Source: Candidatus Helarchaeota archaeon (GTDB lineage: Archaea; Asgardarchaeota; Lokiarchaeia; Helarchaeales; RDOG01). From it: 63,509 nt of DNA. The position numbers and the translations under genes were made by a program. The stretch is taken from the NCBI GenBank assembly GCA_029838215.1, contig JALGVI010000034.1, positions 1-63,509 of the forward strand, in the 5' to 3' direction. The first letter of the stretch is position 1. Each line of letters opens with the position of its first letter. This document shows positions 28,577-38,418 of the stretch, in pieces. The notes under the pieces were generated by a model that searched no databases, was not told where the DNA came from, and was given only the letters and a program-made list of their open reading frames with translations.

Positions 28577-30655
28577 GTGATTATCATGAATGTTGATGTT
28601 TTTGGATTGGCTCGCGAAGATTTGATTCAGGAAATTGATGATGAGGACATTGAATTTTTCAAGTTGGAGAAACTGCAAGAAGGAGACATCCAAGACTTGC
28701 TCATCTTGCTACTTCCTGAAAAGAAAAAAGGAAAAATCCGGAAAAAAGGATATTTACCGGAAGAAGTTGAAATCATCCAGAATTACATTGAGAATGGAGG
28801 AACTGCAATCATTATCGCTCCAATGGATGAGAAACACGTAAATAAGATGTTAGAATTATATGAAAAGTTCGATTTCACGCCCATCATTAATGATGCCGAG
28901 AAATTATTGCACGGAAACTTGAATTTAGGGTTCTTCATTCGCAGGAAAGATGGAAAATATGGAAACGTGAAGAAACACGTGAAACGTTATGCTCATTTTG
29001 TAACAGCTGTAGAGGATGTAGAAATTTTATTCGAAGGTAATTATCTGCCCGCAGTATTGCGAAGATGGATTGGAGAGGGTCAGATTCTCTTGTACGGGCT
29101 GGAAGAGGAGGAATTTTGGAGAAATGATTTTGGAGTACTTGTCAAATACCTCATTAATGATTATGAAGGATTATGGGAACAGGTCGATGATGAATTAGAA
29201 TTTTTCGAGGCGTTTGAAAAGAATAACAAGGTTACTACGGAGCAAAGACAACAAATTTACAGGGCAATGGCTCGACAAGTCTTAAAAAAGAAATCTCTTG
29301 ACAGCATTTTGGACTTCACGAATCAAAATTTTCGAGATATCGTTTTGGGCGAATTAGATTTTGAAAAAATCGTTCAAGAAATGGCTGAAGTCCATGAGAA
29401 GAACTTGGTTCGACAGTATCGCCTGCTTCATGAGCGTGCCCGAGAAATCAAGAACGATCGCGTGAGGGAATTACTCGAGCAATACATGATAAAGCAGATC
29501 GAAGAAGGTCACATCACGCAAGATGATTATGAATTGTTATTGAAGCGAAATCTCCTCCCAAAAGAAGGAGATATTTTATATTTTTTCTTTTTTCAGCCAC
29601 ATTCAATGAAAGATTATGAAAAATTCAAGCAATTAGCAAAAAGGCTGCAAGAATGGAACAAAGAAATGAATCTTTTTGATGAACAAAATATAAAGCGGAT
29701 TTTGAAAGAGCATTTACGAGTGCAAAGAGAACGAATTCAGGCACATGAAGAAGAACAACGACGCTTGAAAGAGCTAGAAGAAAAAAGACTTAAAGAAAAG
29801 CAAGAAGAAGAACTCAGAAAAAAGCAGAAAGAGGATGAAGAACGACGTCGTAGGGAAGAACTAAACCGCCAGAGACTAGAACGATTAAAAAAAGAAAGAG
29901 AAGCAGAGATAGAAAGACAGCGCCAACTCAGGGAACAACGTAAGAAAGAATATGAAGAACAATTGAAAAAACGCATAGAAGAAAAGAAACGCCGTGAGCA
30001 ACAAAAAGAGGAGATCAGACGTAAAAAGGAACAAGAAGAACTGGAACGTCAAAAAATTAAGGAAGAAATTCGACGACGTAGCATTGAAGAAATGAAACGC
30101 AAAAAAGCATACGACCTCAGAATGCAACAAATTAAAGAGCAGAAAATGCTGATGGACAAGTTGAAACAAAAAGAAGAGCTGGAATACAAGAAAATTCAAG
30201 AGGATTATAGGAAACGTAGACAAGAAATGCAAGAACGCGTTGAAAGAGCTCGAAAAGAAAAAGAGTATTACAAAAAACTCAAGGAAGAAAAGATTTCTCA
30301 GCGGATAGAGGAGTTAACGGCTCCAAAGTTACTTGCACCAGCACTGGAAAAGACGCCAGAAGAAAAATTGGAATTAGAGCAAAAATTTCAAGACAAAATC
30401 ATCAATTCGACCATTGAAATTATTGAATTTCTCTTTAGACCCGAGGAATTCATTACGCTTGCCAAAGAACTAGAAGCTGAACTCGAGCTCGATGAGTTTG
30501 AATTGGAAGAAGTGAATAAGACCACCCAAGAAGCCATGGAATTTTTGAATTCACTACAACCATTCTTCGACTTCACGGATTTCCTTTTCAATCCTTTAGT
30601 GGTCATTTCTGAAGATGATTTAGAGGAATTAGAAGAATTAGATGATTTAGTGTGA
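28577..30655 (+). CDS. Protein with GATase-like N-domain, long E/R/K-rich helical segment and acidic tail
   Basis: EEVEIIQNYIENGG and RRWIGEGQILLYG resemble class-I GATase-like folds; ~200 aa of EEEQRRLKELEEKR-type repeats. Confidence 0.75.
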   Translation: MIIMNVDVFGLAREDLIQEIDDEDIEFFKLEKLQEGDIQDLLILLLPEKKKGKIRKKGYLPEEVEIIQNYIENGGTAIIIAPMDEKHVNKMLELYEKFDFTPIINDAEKLLHGNLNLGFFIRRKDGKYGNVKKHVKRYAHFVTAVEDVEILFEGNYLPAVLRRWIGEGQILLYGLEEEEFWRNDFGVLVKYLINDYEGLWEQVDDELEFFEAFEKNNKVTTEQRQQIYRAMARQVLKKKSLDSILDFTNQNFRDIVLGELDFEKIVQEMAEVHEKNLVRQYRLLHERAREIKNDRVRELLEQYMIKQIEEGHITQDDYELLLKRNLLPKEGDILYFFFFQPHSMKDYEKFKQLAKRLQEWNKEMNLFDEQNIKRILKEHLRVQRERIQAHEEEQRRLKELEEKRLKEKQEEELRKKQKEDEERRRREELNRQRLERLKKEREAEIERQRQLREQRKKEYEEQLKKRIEEKKRREQQKEEIRRKKEQEELERQKIKEEIRRRSIEEMKRKKAYDLRMQQIKEQKMLMDKLKQKEELEYKKIQEDYRKRRQEMQERVERARKEKEYYKKLKEEKISQRIEELTAPKLLAPALEKTPEEKLELEQKFQDKIINSTIEIIEFLFRPEEFITLAKELEAELELDEFELEEVNKTTQEAMEFLNSLQPFFDFTDFLFNPLVVISEDDLEELEELDDLV

Positions 30656-30660
30656 GAAAT

Positions 30661-31413
30661 TCACGCATGCCACTTTTTGATGACGGGAATTATCTCCTTA
30701 AGGGATGAAACCGATACGTCGGGTTTGATATCTAAATCGGGAGGAACGGGAAGTTCAAATCCCCTATCGATGTGAATTGTTTTCATGCCAAGCTGCCGTC
30801 CTCCGTAAATATCGGCATGAATGTCATCGCCAATCATTACGGCATTGCTTTCAACAGAACAATTCAGGGCTTTAAGGGCGTGTTCGAAGATCTCCTTGCT
30901 CGGTTTTCTCTTGCCAACAAGAGCAGATGTTATAACAACATCAAAATAGTCAAATAATCCTTCTTTCTTCAAGATTCCCTCGACGGATTCCTGATCCGAA
31001 GCATTGGAAATCACTCCCAATTTAACTCGTAATTCATCACGAAGATACTTCAAGAGGTCGCGCGCGCCGTCTCGTTTTTGCCATATTTTGTTCTCAATAT
31101 CGTGATATACTTGTCTGGCTTTTCTCAACAGGTTTTCGTCATATTTTATATTGAGTTTTTGAAAAGTCGCACGAAGAACATCTTCTGTCGTGAATTCCTT
31201 CTCTCCAAAATATGCTTTTTGAAACATCCTGTTCTGAATCTTCTTAAAAGTCTCGAAAAAAACCTTTTCATCAGGATATATGCCTTCAGATTTAAAAAAG
31301 CTGGCAAGTCGCATCAGGCTTTTCTTCAACTGCTGGACATACTTTTGTAATGCATTTTCATCGGGTATCGTCACGAGCGTGAAGCCGAGATCGAAAAATA
31401 TCGCATCGGGCAA
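30661..31413 (-). CDS. HAD hydrolase, subfamily IA
   Basis: FFDLGFTL, VISN, KRKP, MIGDDIHADI. Confidence 0.92.
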   Translation of the reverse strand: MPDAIFFDLGFTLVTIPDENALQKYVQQLKKSLMRLASFFKSEGIYPDEKVFFETFKKIQNRMFQKAYFGEKEFTTEDVLRATFQKLNIKYDENLLRKARQVYHDIENKIWQKRDGARDLLKYLRDELRVKLGVISNASDQESVEGILKKEGLFDYFDVVITSALVGKRKPSKEIFEHALKALNCSVESNAVMIGDDIHADIYGGRQLGMKTIHIDRGFELPVPPDLDIKPDVSVSSLKEIIPVIKKWHA

Positions 31414-31569
31414 TTCAAATAACCTCTATCAAGATGTTTTTTAGTACAGGATTCAAAAAAATATATAAATTAGTACTTGCAGATGGTCGAATTTTGGAAA
31501 TTCTTGGCTCATCGTCTGAGATTTTGAAGATATCAATTTTTTGGGCAAGCATCATTAATTTTCGATTTC

Positions 31570-31790
31570 TCAAATTCGAATTGGTAATTTTGTTTCAGGT
31601 CCAATACAACTCAAATACTTTTTCCGAAATTCTATATTAAACATGGGGCATTCTTTCTTCATGCACGGGTCTTCAAACATTGAATGCGTCCATATGTGCT
31701 TCAAAATGTCCGTAAGCGGCCCTTCTCGCACGTTACCAAAAGCTAAAGGCATATACGTGCAAGGTTGAACAGAAATTTGTCGTCAGGAGT
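31570..31790 (-). pseudogene. C-terminal SPASM-like fragment of a radical SAM gene
   Basis: VQPCTYMPLAFGNVRE...CPM; TPD lies just upstream in another frame; no radical SAM core upstream. Confidence 0.7.
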
Positions 31791-32092
31791 TTCGAGAGTG
31801 TCCTTTTATGTCTATTCTTAAGAATTTGATTAAAAAAAAGCCCGATTTTCATTAAGAAATTGTTAAAAACTTCATTTCATCGGGAATTTAATAAAAATCA
31901 TCTTCAATTTTATAAAGAAAAGTAGAAAAATTTGGTTTGAATGAGTGAAAGTCGCGAGCGGCGAAAAGATTTAAATAAACACGCGTGAATGTGGTACAGA
32001 CCTGCTTATAGTGTTTCTATGAGAATTCTCGGGCGTTTTTCGAGAAAATCCGTGAATAGATATCTCCCAGCAGGCCAACATATTTTTTCAAG

Positions 32093-32392
32093 TTAAATTA
32101 TGGGGGTACAAGTTTTTACGTCCATTCCCCCTTCCAGAAGAGGAAATAATTTTTCGAGTGTTTTTGGCAAGTCTGCAGAATGCTTGTTGAATGCTTCTTT
32201 GTTTTCGTAAACTTCGTAGAATATTATCATATTCTTATTTTTTTTGCCTTTGACAACATGCGGTATATAGGCCTTGCATCCAGACTCCGAATTTTTCACC
32301 TTTGGAACGATTTCCTTGATGACTTCGATGGCTTCATCCATCTTTCCTTCTTTTATTTTTAAAGTCGCGATGATCGTGATCATTTTAATCAT
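32093..32392 (-). CDS. Antibiotic-biosynthesis-monooxygenase (ABM) domain protein
   Basis: IATLKIKEGK...ESGCKAY...IIFYEVYENKEAFNKH pattern. Confidence 0.88.
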   Translation of the reverse strand: MIKMITIIATLKIKEGKMDEAIEVIKEIVPKVKNSESGCKAYIPHVVKGKKNKNMIIFYEVYENKEAFNKHSADLPKTLEKLFPLLEGGMDVKTCTPII

Positions 32393-32438
32393 CCTGTTCC
32401 AGCGATTTGAGGGATTTAAATTTACCTGTTAAAACAAA

Positions 32439-32627
32439 TCATTCCCCGAGGAACCGGGCGAGAAGCGTTGCGCCGGTGATTATTGAAACGACTCCGATCC
32501 AAAAGAATACGGGAAACGAGATGACCTGTCCAAAATTATTGATAAATGCTCCTATTAATGCTAAAGTAATGCCAATAATCGTGTTGATGACATAACTGAC
32601 AAAAATGAAATCAGAAAGAGAGCTCAT
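32439..32627 (-). CDS. Small two-TM membrane protein
   Basis: 62 aa with two hydrophobic helices; SD-like GGAAGTGA upstream. Confidence 0.55.
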   Translation of the reverse strand: MSSLSDFIFVSYVINTIIGITLALIGAFINNFGQVISFPVFFWIGVVSIITGATLLARFLGE

Positions 32628-32914
32628 TTCTTCACTTCCAAGTTCAAGTAAAATCGTCCAGTAACGAAGAATAAAATTCGTTAAAACTAAAGCTTCTAAT
32701 TTTGAAAAGATTCAAGCCTAATTCATCGATAATTCTCAAACAAATCATGGTAATTAATCTAATAAACAAATGAAAATTTATATTTAGTTCTTAATGTAAA
32801 TATTCTACACGTAATTCTGTGAGGTTTTTGCTTGCACGAAACGGGATTAAATAGACGGATCTTGAGATATGCTGTTTTAATTCTCTTTATATTGTCATTG
32901 GAGTTAATCTCCTG

Positions 32915-34135
32915 TTGACGACATGTTATGCTTTTTCTGACTTGCTTCCAATGGATCTTGGCATGAGTTTAATATATCCTGCACTTGGACCCTTTTTATG
33001 TTTCACGTATATCACGAGTGCACTCATAATCATTCGGTTTTCTTTTATGAAGAACCGTAAATACATGCTCGTGGTCGTGGGAATTTGCACGTTCATGCTC
33101 GTGGTCGCGTTTTTACCATATTCGGCCATTCCTTATCGCGCGGTTGAAACAGAGAATCAGTTCATTCAGGAATACGGCACTGCATATACAAGTTTAAACA
33201 CGTTAAACATGAGACCTCAACTATTTTCCATTCATGACGACATTTATGGCGTGCCAATCGATGATTCCAGATTCACGGTCATGGCTGATCTCGTTTATCA
33301 TGATAATGGAGTTGATTCATTTCGGTTTGACTTTTACAAGCCGGTTGGAAATGGGCCGTTTCCCGTAATAATTGCCATTCATGGCGGTGGGTTTGTCATG
33401 GGAGATAAAGCAGCGGGGAACATGCCTCAGTTTAACCGATACTTTGCCTCGAAGGGTTATGCGGTTTTCGACATCCAGTATGGACTCTACAACATCAACG
33501 AAGTTGCAGCCATGATGGGAAGCATTGGAGCCGCATTATCAATGATGGCGCCACTAATCACGCCAAATTACAATCAAAGTTACACGATCGAACAGATGAT
33601 AGAAAATATCGGGCGTTTTACACAGCATCTCGAAAGTAAAAACATTACATATAACATTGACATGAACAACATTTTTATTTTGGGACGGTCCGCTGGAGGT
33701 TGTTTAGCGAGCATAGCGACTCTAGCATATAAGAACCCCATGTTTGCGGGTAACTTTTCCACGACAATGAATATCAAGGCAGGTATCTGGATTTATCCGA
33801 TCACGGACCCCCGAGTTTTGAGATCGCCATTTTTCGATACATTACTGGCCGGTTCGCTTTCTCTTGATGATCAATATAACAAGTATTCGGCAGCATATCT
33901 TCTTGGCAACAGCACGGTCGTGCCTCCGATCATGATAGTCCATGGTGACAAGGATAATTGGGTCAATTATTATCAACAGGGACTTGCGTTTGATCATTTA
34001 GCATCTTCATTGGGGAAGAAGTGCATCTTGTGTACCATTCCCGGTGCAGGGCATGCATTCGACCTTGTCTTTCAATCGTACGGAGGGCAAATTTCCACGT
34101 ATTACATCGAGCGTTTTATTGCATTGAATTCTTAG
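32915..34135 (+). CDS. Membrane-anchored alpha/beta hydrolase (HSL-like esterase)
   Basis: IHGGGF oxyanion hole, GRSAGG nucleophile, HGDKD and GHAFD; N-terminal TM helices. Confidence 0.9.
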   Translation: MTTCYAFSDLLPMDLGMSLIYPALGPFLCFTYITSALIIIRFSFMKNRKYMLVVVGICTFMLVVAFLPYSAIPYRAVETENQFIQEYGTAYTSLNTLNMRPQLFSIHDDIYGVPIDDSRFTVMADLVYHDNGVDSFRFDFYKPVGNGPFPVIIAIHGGGFVMGDKAAGNMPQFNRYFASKGYAVFDIQYGLYNINEVAAMMGSIGAALSMMAPLITPNYNQSYTIEQMIENIGRFTQHLESKNITYNIDMNNIFILGRSAGGCLASIATLAYKNPMFAGNFSTTMNIKAGIWIYPITDPRVLRSPFFDTLLAGSLSLDDQYNKYSAAYLLGNSTVVPPIMIVHGDKDNWVNYYQQGLAFDHLASSLGKKCILCTIPGAGHAFDLVFQSYGGQISTYYIERFIALNS

Positions 34136-34300
34136 ATTATGATAAACAATGGTCTAGTTTATTCAAGAATCATTCATGAATTTAGATGAATGCTTGAATT
34201 TCAATTTCTTTTTTTGAAGCCGTGATCTTGGAGATATTTTGCCGATACGAGAAAATTTGATTTTTCTTTTTTTTATCGAGGAGTCTCTCTTTTCTTTTAA

Positions 34301-34480
34301 GTGAATTTTGCAAAATATCATTGTAGAAAAAGAAAATTGAAAAACACGGTGAAAAATTTGTTGAGTTCTTATGCACCAACCTGCACGCAGTGCGGCACTC
34401 GAATGACGATTTTGGAATGGAGAACGAAGAAAAAGTGCCGAAAATGTCGCAGGCTAAATTCAAGTTCGAGATATTATTAG
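34301..34480 (+). CDS. Small zinc-ribbon protein, below the ORF-track cut-off
   Basis: My translation: ...SSYAPTCTQCGTRMTILEWRTKKKCRKCRRLNSSSRYY*; CxxCG plus CxxC; possible starts GTG 34301 or 34349. Confidence 0.55.
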   Translation: MNFAKYHCRKRKLKNTVKNLLSSYAPTCTQCGTRMTILEWRTKKKCRKCRRLNSSSRYY

Positions 34481-34525
34481 AAGCAACTCTATCTTTTTTG
34501 ATATATCGACACGAGAAAGGAATGC

Positions 34526-35320
34526 TTATACCAATTGATATTTTTCTGAAGAGATCGTATATTTTTTTGCATGTTTTTTGAATGTCCTAGTACCACCGCC
34601 TTCGCATATGATCCGTTCTACTCTTTTTGCATCCAAGAATTTCATTCCACTTACCAGATCAATTCCCATCTTGAAAAACGGGTCCGGGAGCATGCTTGCA
34701 GTCGGTCCCAATAAAACCATCCTGACTGCATTCTTGCAATATTTTAACACGTCTTCGAGAGTTCTATTTACAAGCGTCGTTGCGGTGATGATGATCTTGT
34801 CTAATCCTTCAAGCATTTCAGGATTCGAATGAACGAATTCCTCGAGACCGTGAAATTTTAACCGTTCAATTACCAATAATTGCTTCACGCGTTTTTGTAT
34901 GCGTGGAATCATTGGTTGAAAGTACCCGACCATTCCAACAGTATCGTCAGACTTGAGATCTAAATGATCGAGAACGTCGGTTGAAAAGTCCAGCTCGATT
35001 TTTTGTTGCTGGAAGTAATCTTGAGATAAAGCGTTTATTGCAGAAATGCCAAGAACGCGATCGAGGTGATGGTCGGACAGAGCAAGATCCATGAGATTCA
35101 ATAGGTGTTCTTCACCATATTTTCCTGCCTTCACGCGCGTGCTGCACGTGATCGGGTTATATTCCTGTGTCAACGTGTTGCAGACACCAAGAATGTCATT
35201 CATTAGACGAATGCCAGAATAGCTCAATCCAAAAAAGACTGATTTTACACGCGGTATTTCATGATCGGTATAGAGTTGCTTTAGGAGATTAACGAGATCC
35301 GACAGGAAATCCATCATCAT
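34526..35320 (-). CDS. DUF364 family (Rossmann-like) protein
   Basis: GISAINALSQ, VGMVGYFQP, IITATTLVNRTL, LLGPTASMLP, GGGTR. Confidence 0.85.
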   Translation of the reverse strand: MMMDFLSDLVNLLKQLYTDHEIPRVKSVFFGLSYSGIRLMNDILGVCNTLTQEYNPITCSTRVKAGKYGEEHLLNLMDLALSDHHLDRVLGISAINALSQDYFQQQKIELDFSTDVLDHLDLKSDDTVGMVGYFQPMIPRIQKRVKQLLVIERLKFHGLEEFVHSNPEMLEGLDKIIITATTLVNRTLEDVLKYCKNAVRMVLLGPTASMLPDPFFKMGIDLVSGMKFLDAKRVERIICEGGGTRTFKKHAKKYTISSEKYQLV

Positions 35321-35362
35321 TCACTTGAATTCTTAGAAGTTAAGAATACTGGAAAAAAGAAG

Positions 35363-36502
35363 TTAGAGGTGCGAGTTGAGAAGCTCGACTACATCCATCA
35401 TTTTCAATGAGGAGTTTGATTTTTCAATTGCATCCGAAAGATTCCTGCAACAGAATGGACAGGATGTGATGAGCATGTCCACGCCCAGAGCTTCCGCTTC
35501 TTTTATTCTTTCGGTTGCAATTTCCACGGACCAGTCCTTGAAGGCGGATTTCACGCCGCCGCCAGCGCCACAGCACCAAGCATTTTCACGATTTCGCGGT
35601 AACTCAATAAGAGAAACACCCGGAATTTTTTGAATTAATTCACGGGGGGAATCAAAGATTTTCGAATGTCGCCCTATGTGGCAAGGGTCGTGATATGTAA
35701 CTTTCAGGTTTTCTTCCTTGAATGGTAGAGCATCAATTTTTTCAAGGAGAAAATCGGTCACGTGCTTGATTTCGAATGGTAATTCACCAAATAGTTTGGA
35801 ATAATCCTTAGTTAGGGTTCTATAACACCCCGCACAAGAGGTCACGACCGTTTTCACACCCAGATCCTTGATGGTTTGGACGTTATGTTCGGCGAGTTTT
35901 TTTGCAACGTTCACCTGTCCCGTTCGGAGAAGTGGAGATCCGCAACACCATTCATCAGGACTTACGGTATAATCAATTTTTAGTGCTTCGAAAAGTTTTA
36001 CCGTTGCTTTTGCGAGATTTTCTTGTCGATAGGAGGACGTGCATCCGACAAAGTATAGAACATCTGCCTTTTCGGGAAGATCCTTTTCTAACCATGCAGA
36101 GCGTTTTTCGTGAGGTTCGTTGTATGGATTATTTTCTCGAGCGATCATGTCAGGAAATGTCTTATGAGCTTCGAGTTGGCATCCTGCATTTACGGCATCG
36201 GCACGCAATGCTTCGAATATGTCAATGAGATGGTCTGCAACTTCCTGCTCGCATTGTGCTGCGCAGTTTCCGCAAGTTGGGCAAGCGAATATGACGCGTG
36301 CGATTGATGGAGACCATTCCAGTTCTTTCTTGTAGATGGCATTTGCCAACCAGACGCGACCGCTTGACCAGTAAGTTTCAAAGATGAATCTTTCACCAGA
36401 TGGACAGGAGAGAGAATAATCCTTGTAGAGCGATTTACAGGAACCGCATCTCCCACAACGATAAAGCCATTCTTTAACTTCTTCTAAGTACACTGCCATC
36501 AC
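35363..36502 (-). CDS. Fe-S oxidoreductase (GlcF/HdrD-like: 4Fe-4S dicluster plus two CCG domains)
   Basis: CGRCGSC, CPTCGNCAAQC, YFVGC, CCGSP, SCAGC, YHDPCH, CCGAGG, SCPFC. Confidence 0.92.
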   Translation of the reverse strand: MMAVYLEEVKEWLYRCGRCGSCKSLYKDYSLSCPSGERFIFETYWSSGRVWLANAIYKKELEWSPSIARVIFACPTCGNCAAQCEQEVADHLIDIFEALRADAVNAGCQLEAHKTFPDMIARENNPYNEPHEKRSAWLEKDLPEKADVLYFVGCTSSYRQENLAKATVKLFEALKIDYTVSPDEWCCGSPLLRTGQVNVAKKLAEHNVQTIKDLGVKTVVTSCAGCYRTLTKDYSKLFGELPFEIKHVTDFLLEKIDALPFKEENLKVTYHDPCHIGRHSKIFDSPRELIQKIPGVSLIELPRNRENAWCCGAGGGVKSAFKDWSVEIATERIKEAEALGVDMLITSCPFCCRNLSDAIEKSNSSLKMMDVVELLNSHL

Positions 36503-36503
36503 C

Positions 36504-37985
36504 TTAAAAAGTAAACCTTCCAGGGTTCATTATTCCATTTGGATCTAATAGCTTCTTGAGATTGTTGAAAAGAGCAATAAATCCGGGATCCGACCGTTTG
36601 AAAACCTTTGATGCAGCCCAACTAGGCATTTTATATGGAATTCCTCCGACATCCAAGACCACGTCAACGAGTTCGTCGCAAATTTTCTTCACGGTTTCGA
36701 TGTCGCCTTCGTCATTTTTATTAAAAGGTAGGAAAAACCGCATGACTGCATAATGTCCGCCTTTCATTGGACGGTGAAGGACACCGGGAACAAAACCATA
36801 TTTTTCAATGATTTTTAACCCTCGATTACAACCGTTGATCCACTCATTAAGTGGAACATAACTGCCCACCCAAGTTAGACCTCCACCTTGACGCAAGTCA
36901 TACATTGGTGGTAATTGCATGGGTAGGTCAAGGACGCGATCGATCTTCTTTCCAATTTCGCCGAAGTCGCCAGTCCGAACAACCAACAAGTTAGTTTTGT
37001 TTTTCTTGTTGGATTCGCTTACCAGCTTTTCCAAGACTTTCCACTTTTGCTTGAGTTCCTTGTCGTTATTAGCTCCAATTGTAATCCATGTAAGAAAGAA
37101 GCTTTTCTCTTCCATGTTATCAATCTGAACGATAGACTGAATGAGATCTTTCATTTCGTCCAGGGGTAAAAGACCATTTCCTAAAGTAAAATGAAAGAGA
37201 CCGCCTGCTAACTCATCGCAGATTTCGGCGCGGGATAGTTTGTAAATGAAGTCCGTGCCGTATACATCACCAGGACCATTCACTGCAAACAAGATCCCAT
37301 TTGCAGAGACAGGAGGGCGGGGCCAGAGATTAATTCCCGCCTTTGTAACAATACCTAAAGTACCTTGTGAATTAATGAATATGCCACCCAAATTTGGCAG
37401 GGGATGTAGCCCAAACCAATAGGGCGATGTAGCTGCTGAGCCTGTTTTGATGATTTCTCCTGTAGGTAAAACGACTTCCAAGCTAGATACCATGTCAGAC
37501 ATTGAACCATGTTTATGGCTCAAATTTCCCAATCCTCCCATTATTGCGTTGACCAGAACCGATACGGACGGTGGTGCCATTGGAATGGAAACAGTAAGAT
37601 CAGGATGATTATCTAGCAGGTATTTTTTTAAGAGACCAAAAGAAACACCTGGTTCTACAACGGCAATCATGTTTTTCTCATCGACGGTTATGTTCCTCAT
37701 TCGCTTCATATCAATTATGATACCGCCTTTACGAGGAATGGCGAGTCCTCCAACATTCGCTCCTGCGACGAAAGGGGTTATGGGTATCTTGTATTTATTT
37801 GCAAGTTTCACGATTTCGACGATTTCGTCAACAGTAGAAGGCAATACAACAAATTCAGGATTGCCAGGAGGATTTTCAGTCATGTCACGTGCATAGTTCC
37901 ACAATTCTTCGGGACGATTTGATGCCCAATCTGAAGAACCCACGATATTTTCCAAATCCTTAAGGACTTCTACCAATATGATCAA
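36504..37985 (-). CDS. FAD-binding oxidoreductase (GlcD/D-lactate dehydrogenase/VAO family)
   Basis: VVLPSTVDEI, VVEPGV, LEVVLPTGEI, SQGTLGIVTK, LDPNGIMNPG. Confidence 0.92.
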   Translation of the reverse strand: MIILVEVLKDLENIVGSSDWASNRPEELWNYARDMTENPPGNPEFVVLPSTVDEIVEIVKLANKYKIPITPFVAGANVGGLAIPRKGGIIIDMKRMRNITVDEKNMIAVVEPGVSFGLLKKYLLDNHPDLTVSIPMAPPSVSVLVNAIMGGLGNLSHKHGSMSDMVSSLEVVLPTGEIIKTGSAATSPYWFGLHPLPNLGGIFINSQGTLGIVTKAGINLWPRPPVSANGILFAVNGPGDVYGTDFIYKLSRAEICDELAGGLFHFTLGNGLLPLDEMKDLIQSIVQIDNMEEKSFFLTWITIGANNDKELKQKWKVLEKLVSESNKKNKTNLLVVRTGDFGEIGKKIDRVLDLPMQLPPMYDLRQGGGLTWVGSYVPLNEWINGCNRGLKIIEKYGFVPGVLHRPMKGGHYAVMRFFLPFNKNDEGDIETVKKICDELVDVVLDVGGIPYKMPSWAASKVFKRSDPGFIALFNNLKKLLDPNGIMNPGRFTF

Positions 37986-38418
37986 GACCTTTTAAAATGA
38001 GTATCTTATTTGATTTTCAATCCCATCAGATCTATATTAAACTTGCTGAATTTTTCCGAGTTTATTCCCAAAAACCGCCATTACTCTGTTTTAATTCCGT
38101 TTCTTCGTGGAATTTGTTTCGAATGATGTCATTGCTTCATTATAACAATGTTAAATTTATGGAAAAAACGAATAAATCCAAAAAAAGTTCCTTTAATCAA
38201 GTTAACGAAATCGAAAAAAAAAATTCTCATGTCATTGTTATCGTAATTTCAAAGATCTTTCTTCTAATAGCATATCTTTGATTAAAACATGGAAAGAATT
38301 ATAATTAATTGGCTTCATAAAAACTTATGTACTAGTCATGAGAGATTTTGTGATCGTAAAAGCGATTTAGATTTCAATTTCATCATTAAGATAATTCGAA
38401 CAACGGTGTTTATGAAAT

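Noticed and set aside
29737-30606. Ser/Phe/Leu-rich reverse ORFs
   Set aside because: These are antisense shadows of the E/R/K-rich coding region.
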